Shown one piece after another: positions 1 through 12,619 of a stretch of 63,927 nt of DNA. The notes beneath the pieces are model-generated. The model had not been told where the DNA came from. It saw nothing but the letters and a program-made list of their open reading frames with translations, and made no database searches. This DNA is from Rhina ancylostomus (taxonomy: Eukaryota): the NCBI GenBank assembly GCA_030265395.1, contig JARFYF010000036.1, positions 33,422,546-33,486,472 on the forward strand. Reading direction: 5' to 3'. The position numbers and the translations under genes are program-made. Position 1 is the stretch's first letter. Every line of letters begins with the position of its first letter.

Positions 1-196
1 CTCTCTAATCACTTTTAGGTGGCATTTCCTGCCAGTTTTTCCCAGGGATTTATGCTTTGTGTGTGTTTTTTTTACATTTCAGAATGAGTACCAATCTTTG
101 ATCTGTCTCATTTTCCTTTTAATATCTAGTGTCAAATTTTTCTGTACTTGAGCCAAAGTTTGTCTCTTTTTTTTCTGCTCGATGGGATCTGTGTAG

Positions 197-337
197 CTGG
201 TTCTTAAAGAAGTAATTTGGGCATGCCAGGAAAATCACAAAGCTGCAAAAGTTGTCTTCAGTCACTCAGACGAGATGAGTGCTGGAGAACTGCCTGCTTG
301 CTGCACTTCTCTCCACAATCAAACTGAGTGTCAGGAG
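197..337 (+). other. Candidate exon (141 nt, phase 0-0, open: LVLKEVIWACQENHKAAKVVFSHSDEMSAGELPACCTSLHNQTECQE)
   Basis: Polypyrimidine tract + tgtag acceptor, GAG|gtaagt consensus donor, stop-free frame; protein not recognised. Confidence 0.5.
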
Positions 338-450
338 GTAAGTACAAGTGGTGGCTGATTCTCTTCTACTTGTTTAATGCCATCGATCACAGAGAGATTT
401 TGGTCCACTCAAAGATACAAGTAAGCTGCATCCCTGAGATGTAACTCTTT

Positions 451-560
451 TGGCAGGATTCTTGCCTCTGGATTAGAAGGTTGTGTGTTCAAACTCTGCC
501 TTGAGACCTGAGACAACATCTAGGCTGACACTCCAATGCAGAGCTGAGAGTCATAGGTAC
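451..560 (+). mobile_element. DeuSINE (SacSINE1-like) 5' fragment
   Basis: cttgcctctgga-ttagaaggttgtgtgttcaaa...atctaggctgacactccaatgcag resembles the recalled shark DeuSINE head. Confidence 0.6.
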
Positions 561-567
561 TGACTAG

Positions 568-710
568 TTTCTTTGATTTATTCATTTTTCAGGATCTGAC
601 AAGGCCTGCACTTATTGTCCGTTCCTAATTGTCCTTGAGAATGTGGTTGTGAGCTGCCTGTAGTTTTTCTGGAGAAGGTACTGACCTTGCCCACTGCCAA
701 GAGCTTTCAG
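568..710 (-). mobile_element. 3' tail of unclassified LINE ('family X')
   Basis: Reverse complement of ...ttctcaagg(g)caattagg..ggcaataa tail also seen at 22195-22530 and 43960-45345. Confidence 0.55.
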
Positions 711-1721
711 TCCTGATGATGGTAAATGAAAATGGTTCACTTCTATGGAACATAATGCATGAGGAATGGATATCTGGGAGTTCTTGACTCGGGCATTAAC
801 AGGTATGCAAATTATAAGNNNNNNNNNNNNNNNNNNNNNNNNNNNNNNNNNNNNNNNNNNNNNNNNNNNNNNNNNNNNNNNNNNNNNNNNNNNNNNNNNN
901 NNNNNNNNNNNNNNNNNNGACTCGGGCATTAACAGATATGCAAATTATAAGGTTGTAATGAATCATAAGGTTGTAATGAATGGTTTCTGTTTGTCTGTTT
1001 ACACAATAATATAATAAGACATTTATAGTGTTGTAAAATGGCACAGCACAGAAGGAATCCATTTGGCCCCCATTCTTAGTTTGTTGGTTATGCTACTCAA
1101 TTAGTCCTTAACATTGTTCTTTCCCAACAGCCCTGTAAAAACAATTTCCCAGCAAGTGCCTTGAAGTGCTGTGACCTAGAAGGCTAAGGACTGAGTGCTG
1201 GGAAGTGGGACTAACACATTATTTTGACCAACATGAAGCCAAATGGTCTCCTTCTATGTTGTAAATCTCTGTAAGAATTTAGCCAGTTCCCTTTTATAAC
1301 TTATTGTTGAATCAGCTTTCACCAGCATTTTATTTGGTGTATTTCAGACCACAAAAACTCATTTGTGAAGTCTACAAAAAAATATGGATCCAGGCAGGTG
1401 AATACAGATCAGCTGTGATGTTACTGAGTCATGTAACAGACTAAAGGGGCTGAATGGCCTACTTCTGTACTGTTGATACTATTATGCACACTTGAAGGTC
1501 ATTAATAATCTCCCTCTGTATTTAGAAGCTGAAAAAATTGCTTCTTAATGTTTACACAAAATAAATAGTAAATGGTAAATGCTTAAAATAAAAACAGAAA
1601 CATGGCTAATATCTGGTAAAAAGAAAATAATGTTAACTAAATAATGTTGAAAGTGCTGTCATTTTGATCTGTAATTCGAAGGACATTCCATTGCACAACA
1701 TACTAATATCATTCTTTTTAG

Positions 1722-1875
1722 GTAACGGTGAACTAGTGTTTCTGCTTTTTTGCACCTGCGAGTGTTTTTGGAAGAGCTGGAGTCTGCCTGTGCTGAAGGA
1801 TGTAATGTTTATGATGGGGTATTACAGTTCTCGGGGGGTATCATTAGCACAGTATTAACAGGCAACATTCCATAG
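1722..1875 (+). other. Candidate exon
   Basis: Branch-like tactaat (1701), attctttttag acceptor, TAG|gtaca donor; no frame is open end to end. Confidence 0.35.
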
Positions 1876-2061
1876 GTACATTATTAGGGACAAGAACAAT
1901 CTGGTCCCAGTGAACTGAATACAGTGCTTATTTTGTTACTGAAGCAATTTCAGAAGAATTGAGCAAAAAAAAATTGCAAATGTGCATTTGTTATCTCTGC
2001 TTCAAAAAGCACCTTATTTTACAAACTAATCCATTCTTCTTTTCTTGCTGGGGCCTTGTAG

Positions 2062-2137
2062 TAGATCACTGGGTCACGGCCTGCGTATTGTATTCCTAAG
2101 CACTACATCATTTCCACCATCTGGCAGTAAGACAATG
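2062..2137 (+). other. Candidate exon
   Basis: aactaat branch, pyrimidine tract, tagtag (NAGNAG) acceptor, ATG|gtaagc donor. Confidence 0.35.
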
Positions 2138-2914
2138 GTAAGCAAACAATCACTGGAATCTCCCACCTTGTTAAAGCAATTATTTCTCCTGTTCAGAGGC
2201 TGACTCCTCCGGGAAAGGTAGAGGAAAGAAGTCTTTAGTTATTGTCTGACAGGTTATTTACACTTTATCATACAAATGGCCATAACATGGTGTCAGGAGC
2301 AAGTTCTAACCTGTCTCTGTAATGCATACTTATTCACTCATTCCTCTGTAGAGAATTGAGAACTGTTGTCACTTTCACTCTTTTACTCAAGGCCCAGTTG
2401 CTGGAACATTATAATCAAATAGGCAGTCATATCCTCATAACACAACTGGCTGTCCACAATGGTTTGATCTACAGTACTGTGCCTTTCTCTATCAGGCAGA
2501 GCAACATTGTGGTATTGCTTCTGATGTGGTATTGCTGTGTCATGTGCATTCATCTTTTCTTGTTTGAAATGTATACCACACATGTGAAGTAGTTTGAATC
2601 TGGAGACACATTTGTTACTTCTCTAAAATGGGGTTAAGATCAGTAGGTCTGGAAACCAGGAGGTTTTCTGTTTTAAGTCTTTGGTAGTAACTGCTCTATA
2701 GAACAAACCCACAACAGCTCGTTGCCTTGAAACTCCCAGTGCACCTCAATGCATGTGTTAGGCAGAAGGAGCAGTGGGGTGGTGTGGACTGTTATCACCA
2801 TTGGCCCTTCTGCCACCCCTACCATTACTTGCAATGCCTAGCAACCCAAGGCCTGGTTGCCCATTTGAGCTGGGGTGGGGTTTTGTTCAAGGAGGCACAT
2901 GTTGATGGATAATT

Positions 2915-3494
2915 TGGGGTTCAAGAGCCACGAGGTAATGTTGCAGCTTGATAAAACTCTGGTTAGATGACATTCAGAATATTGTGTTCTGGTCACCTCA
3001 TTATGGGAAGTATGTGGAAGGTTTGGAGACGGTGCAGAGGAGATTTACCAGGATGCTGCCTGGATGAAAGAACATATCTTATGAGCAAAGGTTCAGTGAG
3101 CTAGAGTTTTTCTCTTTGGAGTGACAGAGGATGAGAGGCAACTTGATAGAGGTGTATAAGATTGAGGGGTATAGATAGTGGACAGCCAGTACGTTTTTCC
3201 CAGGGCAGCAATGGCCAATACCAGAGGACATCCATTTAAATGGAGTGGAGTAAAGTTTAGGGGAGATGTCAGAAGTAGGTTTATTTACACAGTGGTGGGT
3301 GCCTGGAATGCACTGCTGGTGGTAGAGGCTGATACAATAGGGTCATTTAAGAGTCTTAGATAAGCACATGGATGTAAGAAAAATGGAGGGTAATGGGCTG
3401 TGTAGGAAGGAAGGGTTAGATTGATTGTGGAGCAGGTTTATATAGGTTGGGATAACATTGTGGGCTGAAGGGCCCATACTGTGCTCTATCCTCT
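2915..3494 (+). mobile_element. CR1 LINE, ORF2 C-terminus + 3'UTR
   Basis: Degenerate VQRRFTRMLPG and NTRGH..K motifs; tail tgggctgaagggccc..ctgtgct. Confidence 0.9.
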
Positions 3495-3499
3495 TTTTA

Positions 3500-4140
3500 C
3501 AACAAAAAGAGATGATGGCTACTGCAATATCAGTTAGGCTATGGCATCCCATGGAACACAACTAAGACTGGTATTTCATAGTCATAAATAAGCTCACATT
3601 CATCAGAAGGATGAAAGACTTGAAAGTCACAGCAACTACCATGGCAGTATGAATCCTGTCTGGAAATCAGGAGGTCCCTAAGAACCAAGTGATCTACAAT
3701 GTAATCCAACTCACCTCAAGAGATTTAGAGGATTTGCAGAATGTATGTTCACCATTGAGATCTCATTCCCACATAATCCAACACAGCTTTGTAGAGAGAT
3801 AATTCAAACTGTCAAATGTAGAGAGATAAAGGAAGAGTCCAACTTTGCCTCATTGTAAAACAAGGGCATGTGTTTTACGATTGACATGAAACTGCCAGCC
3901 AAGGATTGAATGGCAGAAAGTACAAGAGATATTTTCCACATGACAAAGAAGCAGCAAGACAATGACTGATGCACAGCAATACAGCAACCAAGTTGAGAGG
4001 ACAGACACTGCATGTAACAGCTTCCAGTTATAAAAACCTGGAACCCTGTTAAAGTTATTGATAAAGTTGATTCTCCAAAATTGTATGTTAAGACCAAGGT
4101 GGACCAGCAGGAGAAAGGGAACAGAATCCATCTCCAGCCT
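3500..4140 (+). pseudogene. Degenerate Gypsy/Ty3 LTR-retrotransposon integrase
   Basis: Frameshifted translation QQKEMM..RLWH..WYFIV..FIRRMKDLK..EVPK..QLTSRD..FAE..FTI..PHNP..FVER/IIQTVK..DMKLPA..LNGRKYK..KTWNPVKVI..NRIHLQP is collinear with an rve core plus C-terminal domain. Confidence 0.75.
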
Positions 4141-4412
4141 TTTCTGGATCTGATGAAAGGAAGAACATGAGCAGCAACAGAGAATGTTACATTTACAACA
4201 GGGGTAACAGGCATCACATTACCAACACAATGTGAAAATCCATCACCGGCTGGTGTAACTACATTCAAATGTAAAGAAAAAGAGACACATCTGACAACCA
4301 CCCAAGTGATTTTGTCAATGATACTTTAACTGTGACCATTATTAATTGAATTTAAATTTAGTTTTAAAGATTTCATTCAAAATAATAAGAAAATGGACAG
4401 AAAGCTTTTCTT

Positions 4413-4460
4413 AAAGAAAGTGGAATGTTGTATTACTGCAAGGATGAATATGGATCTATT
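4413..4460 (+). mobile_element. Polypurine tract and start of 3' LTR of the Gypsy relic
   Basis: aaagaaagtggaa immediately followed by TGTTG at 4426, ~280 nt after the integrase. Confidence 0.55.
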
Positions 4461-4486
4461 TTGTTATGGGCACAGGTGTACAACTT

Positions 4487-4710
4487 GGCTGTCTGTAAGG
4501 AGTTTGTAAGTTCTCTCTGCTTCTGCGTGGGTTTCCTCCAGGTGCTCCAGTTTCCTCCCATGTTCCAAAGACATACAGGTTAGGAGCTGTGGGCATGCTA
4601 TGTTGGCTCTGAAAGAGCAATGACACTTGCAGGTTGTCCCCAGCACATTGTCAGTTATGCAAAAAGATGCATTTCACTGTGTTTTGATGTACATGTGACT
4701 AATAAATAAA
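4487..4710 (+). mobile_element. V-domain SINE, 5'-truncated, Rex1/Babar-type tail
   Basis: V core gtgggtttcctccaggtgctccagtttcctccca; tail gcatttcactgtg..gtacatgtgactaataaa. Confidence 0.85.
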
Positions 4711-4859
4711 TGTCAATAATTGTATCATCTCTCACCAGTGAACTGAATATTGTGTGGACGTGTTTTTCCAGGCAATACCTGCAGTCTGAAAGTAAATATA
4801 AGTCATAGATTTGAGATTTTGGAGTGCAAGAAACAGTTCTAGGAACAAATGAATGAAAC

Positions 4860-5035
4860 AAAGGATATTATTTCCATTTGGATGGGTAACCAGCCTACAG
4901 TTTAATTCTCATTGAAGAGTAATCTTGAACTTCAGAATTGCATAGTAATGTGCACCTGGATCATCTCCTCAAGTCTTTGGAGTAGGTTTGAACCTATAAC
5001 ATTTCTAGTACCCTTTGGACAAGATTGTTCCTAAC
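4860..5035 (-). mobile_element. DeuSINE 5' fragment
   Basis: ctcaagtctttggagtaggtttgaacctataac is the reverse complement of the head seen at 451-560. Confidence 0.45.
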
Positions 5036-5756
5036 TAATAGTTTTATCAGAAATTACATTCAATACATATAAAGATTGGAACATGTAGTCTAGGGTATTC
5101 CTTGCAAAGCTTCAATAGTGCCCCTTAGCACATATGACATACTGCTGATAGAATGCAGTTTAGTTCTGGTGGTCCAATCAGCTACACTATGGAACTTCAT
5201 AAGTTATGCAGTGGGTTACTCTTGTCTTACTTGATAAGCAGAAATCCATGTAGTTACACAATGGATAATCTGTGCACTCTTGAACAAATGAACTCTGGCA
5301 TTTTAACTATTGTAGATATTTTTCTTCCATTACAAAATCTTGATAAAGGATGAAGGCCATTAATAGAGGGCACCATCACAGTGGCAAGTCAAAAATGTAT
5401 TAGTTGTATAAGGAAGGCCATTTGCCCCATCATGCACATGCGGTCTCCCAGGTAGCGTTAACCATTTAATCCTATCCCTGCTCCTTCTCCACCATTCTGT
5501 GAATATTTCACCTGCAAATTTTTCTTCCATGTTCACTTTCTTGTTTTTGGAGAAAATAAGGCAAAAAGATTGTGACAAAGAGCATGGGTTTGGGGTAGTA
5601 CAGCCGATCAATTAAGTTGAGAACCGTGAATATCATAACAAACTTGTGGCATCATTTCCCATATTTTGCATCTTTTTGCTGTATTACGAATTCCAGATTT
5701 ATTAGCTGCCCCCATATTTCTGCTAGCACAATTTATATTTTAACCTCTTAAATACC

Positions 5757-5785
5757 TATTATTATTATTATTATTATTATTATTA
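5757..5785. repeat. (TAT)n microsatellite
   Basis: Directly visible. Confidence 0.95.
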
Positions 5786-7779
5786 GCTGCCCAAGCACCT
5801 CCCCCAATCCTTTCTTTCACCATCACCATAACCTTACAATGCCATTGCACAATTTCTCCCATGTACCTTCCAAAGACACCTTGTGTATTCCCTGGGGTAC
5901 TACAGTTTTGGTCATGTGAATAACATTTACACAGTAAGAAATTTAAAAATGCAAAATTTGTAAACTTATTTGCAGTAAATATAATCTTTACTATGAATCC
6001 AGTGCAATGGCAACTTTGCCCATGAGGTAAAACACTGGTAATTCTTTGAAGTGAGATGCAACTCCACATTGGAAGATCACCTTTATCCTACTATCAAAGG
6101 AAACGGAATAAAGATAAAAGTTCCCATGTAAGGTGCTCATTGCTCTTAGTTTATTGATAAATTGGATGTAACACTTGCAAAAACCTTATAAAATGATCCA
6201 TCAGGGCTCTCAGCCTCAGGCAATCAATATGGGCAAAGGCCAAGTAGAACAGGGAGCCAGATATTATGATATTATGATACTAGAAGTGATGGTGTTTCAG
6301 ATTTTGAGAAGCAGATCGAAGTCTAGCCATCATAAAAGCTGAAGAGCAAAATGAATCAATGTCCTCTGTTTACTTCTTAATATGCTGTTATCTCCCCGCA
6401 CTTCCTCAGTGTTACCGCAACCCTTTTCTGAAAAATAATCCCCAAACAGTTTAACAGGAATACTCCATTATGCGAGTTGTTCATTTTTACTTGGAGATAA
6501 ATGGTATGAATTGTTTACTCCCAAGATACAAATGTATGAAGTGAAAGTGCTATGCTTGACAGCACCTAATGCAGTTAGAATGTACAGTTAATTTGATTCT
6601 GATTCTTTATACAGTTTCTCTGTCACAAGTATCTACTAGTTAGTATGAAAAATACAACAGGAAATGGGCCATGGCATGCAAGAAGAGGCGATTGTATTAT
6701 TTAACTTTACAGGAAGCAATTTTCTTTCATAAAAAAAATTCTAATGTAATTTAGTGGTGATTGTGTTTCTTGATGCTGAAAGCGATGGCCCTTTTTGCTG
6801 ATGTTTTTACTTCTTACTTGTACTGACAAGCACAGCCTGCTCAATGCCTCACGTTTATTTTTCATTTCATCACCAAGTACAATTTTTTGAAGCAGGAGAT
6901 TGAAATTAAAGAAATAGTTGTGTTAAATGACCCTCGGAATAAATGAATGTAGATTGCGTGGGACTGGATAATTCTGTGCTGTATTTTTTTTTTGATGCTG
7001 CGATATTCATTTAAAGCTGTATCTCCCTCCCACCTCATTCCTAACTGACTCTTTACATCTTAATGATATGTCTGCTTTAATCCAGTATACTGTACTAATG
7101 ATGCAACTGTTTTAAGTTACTCAGTTATTGTTCCTGCTTCTGAATGCTTTGGCATTTTATGAATAAAAGGTTTGGTCAAAGTTGCTCTGCATCATGTTAT
7201 GTGTGAATCTATTATAGCTATTCTTTTATCCTTCCTCATATCTGGGAGAACACATGCCCAAAAATTTGGAGCAATGCATAGATGATTGAACTTGTCCCAC
7301 CATAAACTTGCAAACTTGTGCTTGGTGAGCATCAGCTACGTTGTTGGCTCTGTTCAGGGACCAGTGTTTTGACCATAGGTGTCTTAACAGCAGAGGAGAT
7401 TTATTGGACCTGATGTGAAGTCCAAGTAGTGTGAGGTTATCTCCTGGCAGTGGTTCTGTACTTTGTTGAGTGAGCAATTGGATATTGGCAGCACCTTAAA
7501 ACCGACCAATGGTCCGATGTTCAGTTCCATTGGCTGCAGTAGAAATGAATTCCAGGTGTTGTGTAAAGATCGATAAGGGCAAGTCCACCTATTTTGTATC
7601 CTGGACAATTCTAGTTTTGCCTGCCTTGTGGTGGTACTGTGAAACCAAAAAGTCTAAAATTACATCATAGCCCTTTCTGTTGAGTTTCCTCTGAAAATGC
7701 TTCATTCCGTTGCCATGCAATTGTGTTTTCATTACCAATAGGACTGAGTAATACAGTGCTGTCCTAGGTGTTCCCTCAG

Positions 7780-8560
7780 CATCCAGTCTCTGTCAACATA
7801 AGCTCACTCAAAAGTTGGCTAACTCTCACTGTCCAGTTCACATTATACTCCACTTCTTGGTGACCACATGTTTCTAGTCTCTGAGCACCTTGGTTTTAAA
7901 TTTCTTATGGCTGTGTTCAAATCCCACAAGGGCCTCACCTATTCAAATCTCAGAAGTTTCATCCAGCACTTCAACCTTCTGGCAATTCTGGCCCTCTTGT
8001 GCATTCCCCATTGTCATATCTTCACCACTGGTCATCATGGCAGGATGGTGGTGCGGCAGTTAGTGCTGTTGCTTCATAGCTCCAGGAACTTGGGTTCGAT
8101 GCTGACCTTCAGTGCTATTTGTGGAGAATTTCTACAGTCTCTCTATGACTGCATGTGTTTCCCTCGGGTGATGTAGTTTCCTCCCACATATCAGTGATGT
8201 TCTGGTAAGGTTAATTAGCTGTTGTAAATTGTTCTGCAGTGTACCTTAATGGCAAAATAGAATCAAGGGGGAGTTGACAGACATGTGAGAGAGAAAATAA
8301 ATTGCAGGGACACAAGGAATTGCAATCCAGGAACCAGCATGGACCCAATGGGCCAAATAGTTGCCTTCTGTGCTGCTATAAGTATGAGATAAGAAAAGTT
8401 CACATTGTAGTATCCGGAATCCTCTCTTTGAACCTCACTGTCTCTTTTTTTTTCTTCTTCTTCACATCAGTCCTTAAAACTCTCCTCTCTTCTTGGGTCA
8501 CCAGAGCTAATATATTTTCCTTTGGCCGAGTGTCAATTTGTTTGTCTGCTTACATTGGCC
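7780..8560 (+). mobile_element. L2 LINE 3' fragment interrupted by a SINE
   Basis: ttttaaatttcttatggctgtgttcaaatccc and ccttaaaac...gtgtcaa L2-type tail on the two sides of 8036-8392. Confidence 0.65.
8036..8392 (+). mobile_element. V-domain (HE1-like) tRNA SINE with CR1-type tail
   Basis: A/B-box head ggtggtgcggcagttag..gggttcgatgc, V core, tail tgggccaaatag..cttctgtgctg. Confidence 0.8.
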
Positions 8561-8744
8561 TGTTACATTCTGCTGTCAACCTGCAATAACATCTGCTGTA
8601 ACTCTCTCAGGTTGGCATTAAGATGGTATCATGGAATCAGCACAGGAAGAAGAAGGAGATTCATCCCATTGTGTCAGTGTCCAAGCACTGAACCTCAGGG
8701 AACACTATTATTCAGTCAAGAAAACAACAATTTACCAAAACTTA

Positions 8745-9180
8745 CCTCCCCACCATTGGTAGTATCGATAGGAGATGCTGCCTCAAGAAGGCAACATCCT
8801 TCATCAAGGATCCCCATCATCCGGGCCAGGCCATCTTCTCACAGCTACTATTGGGCAGGACATACAGAAGCCTGAAGTCCCACACCACCAGCTTCAAGAA
8901 CTTCCCTTCAACCATTCGGTTCTTGAACCAACCGACATAACACTAATCACTACAGTATAGTAACACTATGACCATTCTGATCACTTTGCATTAAAATGAA
9001 CTTTGTTTTTCTTTGAATTGTGTTCTTTCTTGTGAAAATTGTATAATTTATGTTTGTTTTTCTTGTGAATGCTGCTTATATGATGCTATGTGCCTGTGAT
9101 GCTGCCGCAAGTAAGTTTTTTATTGCACCTGTGCATACACACACTTGTGCATATGACAATAAACTCGACATTGACTTTGA
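8745..9180 (+). mobile_element. Rex1/Babar LINE 3' end
   Basis: CLKKA..IKDPHHPG..LFS.L..GR.YRSLK motif; tail gcatatgacaataaa. Confidence 0.85.
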
Positions 9181-9224
9181 ACCCTCTGTTGTTTGATACA
9201 TAATCACACTTGCATTAATGCTTT

Positions 9225-9680
9225 CAGTGTTCTTTTTATTTGCTTCAACTTTGCTGGTAAGCTTGTTATGTGCCACTTTTTCAAAAGCCTTCTGCAATTC
9301 CATGTACTCCACATCAACTACATCAACCTCAACAGCATTATCCATTACCTGATCAATAACTTCTATCAGATTCGTGAAACATTATTTGCCCCTAAGAAAT
9401 CCATGTTGGTTTACCTTATGTTATCCACTTTTGTCCAAGTGTCTATTGATCCTGTCCTGATCAATATTTCTGAAAGCTTTCCTCTCACTGAGTTTAAAAT
9501 GATGAGTCTATAATTGTTTGGCTTATCCCTTCTCCCCTTTTTTGGTCAAGGGAGCAACATTCATCACTCTCCAATCCTCTGGCACCACTCACCTATTGAA
9601 AGATTACGGTCATTGCTTCCTGAGATTTACTCCCAAACTATTCTCAAGATCCTAGGATGCAAGCCCTCTGATCTGAACTG
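9225..9680 (-). mobile_element. CR1 RT fragment
   Basis: VDVEYMELQKAFEKVAH corresponds to VDVVYMDFQKAFDKVPH. Confidence 0.8.
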
Positions 9681-10499
9681 GATGTAAGGCTTCAAATCCA
9701 ACTGGTGATCCTATATCAGCACTTTCACTGATAATTAAATCAAACAAATTTGGAAAGACTGCGTCAGCCACAAATGTGGCAAATAAAAGTGTGAATGGGT
9801 GATGATGCTGGGTGAACTATGGTCCTGTGGCTTTGCTCATGTCTCTGGTATCCACAGTGAGGCATTGATCATCATCATGGCCCATTCCTACCCAAAACCC
9901 AGGTCGCCATTTGCTTCTGACGTCACTTACAATTTCCCACATCATAACCAATGTTGAGGTCTTTCACTTCCTTTTACTAACATCCTTAAAAATTAGCTTT
10001 GAGCACTCAAATTCTGGCTTGGGCCACCTTGCTCCATATTATATCCTTGGATATGTAGCCATCTTTCTTCTTGTGCGCATATCTAAACCAGCAAAGACTT
10101 CCTCACTTGATAAATGCTTGACATATTTGCTTCTGATGAAACTGTTACATTGGTGATTGAGAGTGTTACACAATCTGCTTCATTCATGCATCCTTCTAAA
10201 TTTACTTATAAGAGTTCTAACATTGGTTGAGCGCTATGGGTGAACATTTTTGTTTAGAATTGCAATTACAGAACATACCCAGTAACTTACCTTCTGGCTT
10301 TTCCTCCAGCAAATTTCTGCCACAAATACCTCCACCTTCATTAGCCATTTGGGGATGTCTTTTTCTTCATTCCATGGTTGTGTATTTTCTTATCCCTTTG
10401 TGTATAACCCAGTGCCCTTTTTGCGTACACCTACACTGAGCACCCTGCAATGGGACATCATGTCCTGGCTCTGTGGAGGCACGGGGTAGACGCCACAAA

Positions 10500-10680
10500 C
10501 TGTGAAGGGCAACAGGAAAAGCTCTTTGAATGGAGCTGGTGAACAGTGAGGGAAGCAGTGACTGCCCTCTGGAGGTGGAGGAAATTGTCAAAGAGGCTCA
10601 ATAACTGGCAATTGTAGGAGGCTCCGAGGATGTCAAGCAAAATTACCGCCTTTCCATGGCGCACTTGGACTGTCAGAGCT
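10500..10680 (+). pseudogene. Possible PIF/Harbinger Myb/SANT-like ORF relic
   Basis: Frameshifted ELVN..REAV.PSGG.RKLSKRL..*EA.EDV....PWRTWT resembles W..A..V...RTW.QC. Confidence 0.35.
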
Positions 10681-11872
10681 CTGTGTCGCTGATGAGCAAT
10701 ACCTCCTATAATGTTTCCAGACCTTCCCTGAAGGGGTTACTCTTGTAGAAACTTCAGACCTCATTACTTGATGACTTTATCACCACTGGCAGTGTTGGAT
10801 GTAACAACCTCACGCTTGCCATTAACAGAGTGGAATTAAGTTAATTTGCAATTGACCTGCTGAGTTTTTATCATTGAAAATTTAATTTGAACTGCAAAAA
10901 AAACTACAAATTGATCGAACAACGGCAGTTGGCAGGTTCTTTAACCACTCCTGAACTTGCATATTTCAGGCTAATTAGTGTAAAGGACTCTTGCTCGATG
11001 ACTTTTACTGAAATTACTGTTAATCTTGAGTGTAAATTACTGTTGGGGGGTGGGTTGGGGACGGGGAGTGGTGGAACTGATTCCTATTAACATACAATAC
11101 CAGTGCTGATTTTTCATGTGGGTGTATTTTAGGGTAACACATCTACAATGCATCAGACAAAAGTCGCACCAGGGAAGGAACTACTTGTTCATATGGGTTT
11201 CTACCTGATACTAGCTGCACATGAAACCTCTGGTTTTAACCCATTTCAGCCAATAGCAACAGGGGGCTGTGTGATTTTGTGCTTGATTGAAATTGACAGG
11301 ATGTAAAACAGGTAAATAAGGGACCTGTTCCATTCCCTGTAGCAGTTGAGGTTAAAATGAGGACTGGAGTTCAGGTGCAAACTAGGCTTTAAAGGCCTCA
11401 GGCTGATTAAAGGGGCATGGAGAAATGAAGAGGTAAGAATTGTTAAAAATTTTTTGTTTACTAGTCCTAGAGTTGCTGAAAGATGCTAGATGGCTATTTT
11501 GGTTGCTTGGAGTAAGTTGAGACTCTTTAAGATGATGACAGAAGTTAAGTGCCACTGAAGACTGAAGGTTGATAAAGGAACGTGAGCCCTGCAAGTTGTG
11601 GAGAACTAGTATGGACAGTGTTGTATCTCATACTGGGTGTAATATTCTCCATTGGAGCTGCCTGCAATGCAAGGCAACCAATAATGGAAGAACTGCTCCC
11701 AATGAGCACTGTCCAGAGACAGAGGTCCACTCTTCTTGCAGGCAGGTCTAGTGAGGGCACTGGAAAGCTGACTTCTTACTAAGGAGAAGGTTGTGTAGAT
11801 TTCAGTGTGTTTCCTCTGGTCATCATCTCTGACTGTTGAAGATTCAGTAGATAAATTGGATGAAATTATCCC

Positions 11873-12458
11873 TATATAATGTGGAGGATCAGAGGGATCT
11901 TGGGGTCCTAGTCCGTAGGATGCTCAAAGCAGCTGCACAGGTTGACTGTGGTTAAGAAGGCACACTGTGTATTGTCCTTCATCAATCATGGAATTGAACT
12001 TAGGAGCCAAGGAGTATTGTTGCAGTTATATAGGACCCTGGTCAGACCCCACCTGGAGCACTGTGCTCATTTCTGGTCGCCTCACTACAGGAAGGATGTG
12101 GAAGCCATAGAGAGGGTGCAGAGGAGGTTTACAAGGATGCTGCCTGGNNNNNNNNNNNNNNNNNNNNNNNNNNNNNNNNNNNNNNNNNNNNNNNNNNNNN
12201 NNNNNNNNNNNNNNNNNNNNNNNNNNNNNNNNNNNNNNNNNNNNNNNAGAGTGGTGAGTGTGTGGAATGGGCTGCCGGCAATGGTGGGGGAGGCGGATAC
12301 GATAGGGTCTTTTAAGAGACTGTTGGATGGGTATATGGAGATGAGAAAAATAGAGGGCTATGGGTAAGCCTAGTAATTTCTAGGGTAGTAACATCTTCGG
12401 CATAGCTTTGTAGGCCGAAGGGCCTGAATTGTGCTGTAGGTTTTTCTATGTTTCTATC
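11873..12458 (+). mobile_element. CR1 LINE 3' end (gapped)
   Basis: LYRTLVRPHLEHCAHFWSPHYRKDVEAIERVQRRFTRMLP; tail tttctatgtttcta. Confidence 0.95.
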
Positions 12459-12619
12459 TGGAAGGGTGAATTAGGTCATTTGATCCTGAAAGCCTACAGT
12501 TGAATAAAACCATGGCTGATTATCACCTTGACTCTCAACTCCACTTTCTTACTTGATCCTGATAGCCCTGATTGTCCAAAACAGGATGGCTCAAATGGCA
12601 ATATTATTTCTTTTTAATT

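Noticed and set aside
786-951. 33-bp direct repeat (one mismatch) on both sides of a 100-N gap
   Set aside because: Typical unmerged contig or haplotype overlap, so an assembly artefact rather than a TSD or CRISPR repeat.
3804-4301. 165-aa minus-strand ORF
   Set aside because: Antisense shadow of the Gypsy integrase relic.
7226-7620. Minus-strand peptides GGLALIDL and LTLLGLHI..HQAQV resembling LINE ORF2
   Set aside because: Too weak and inconsistent between clades to call.
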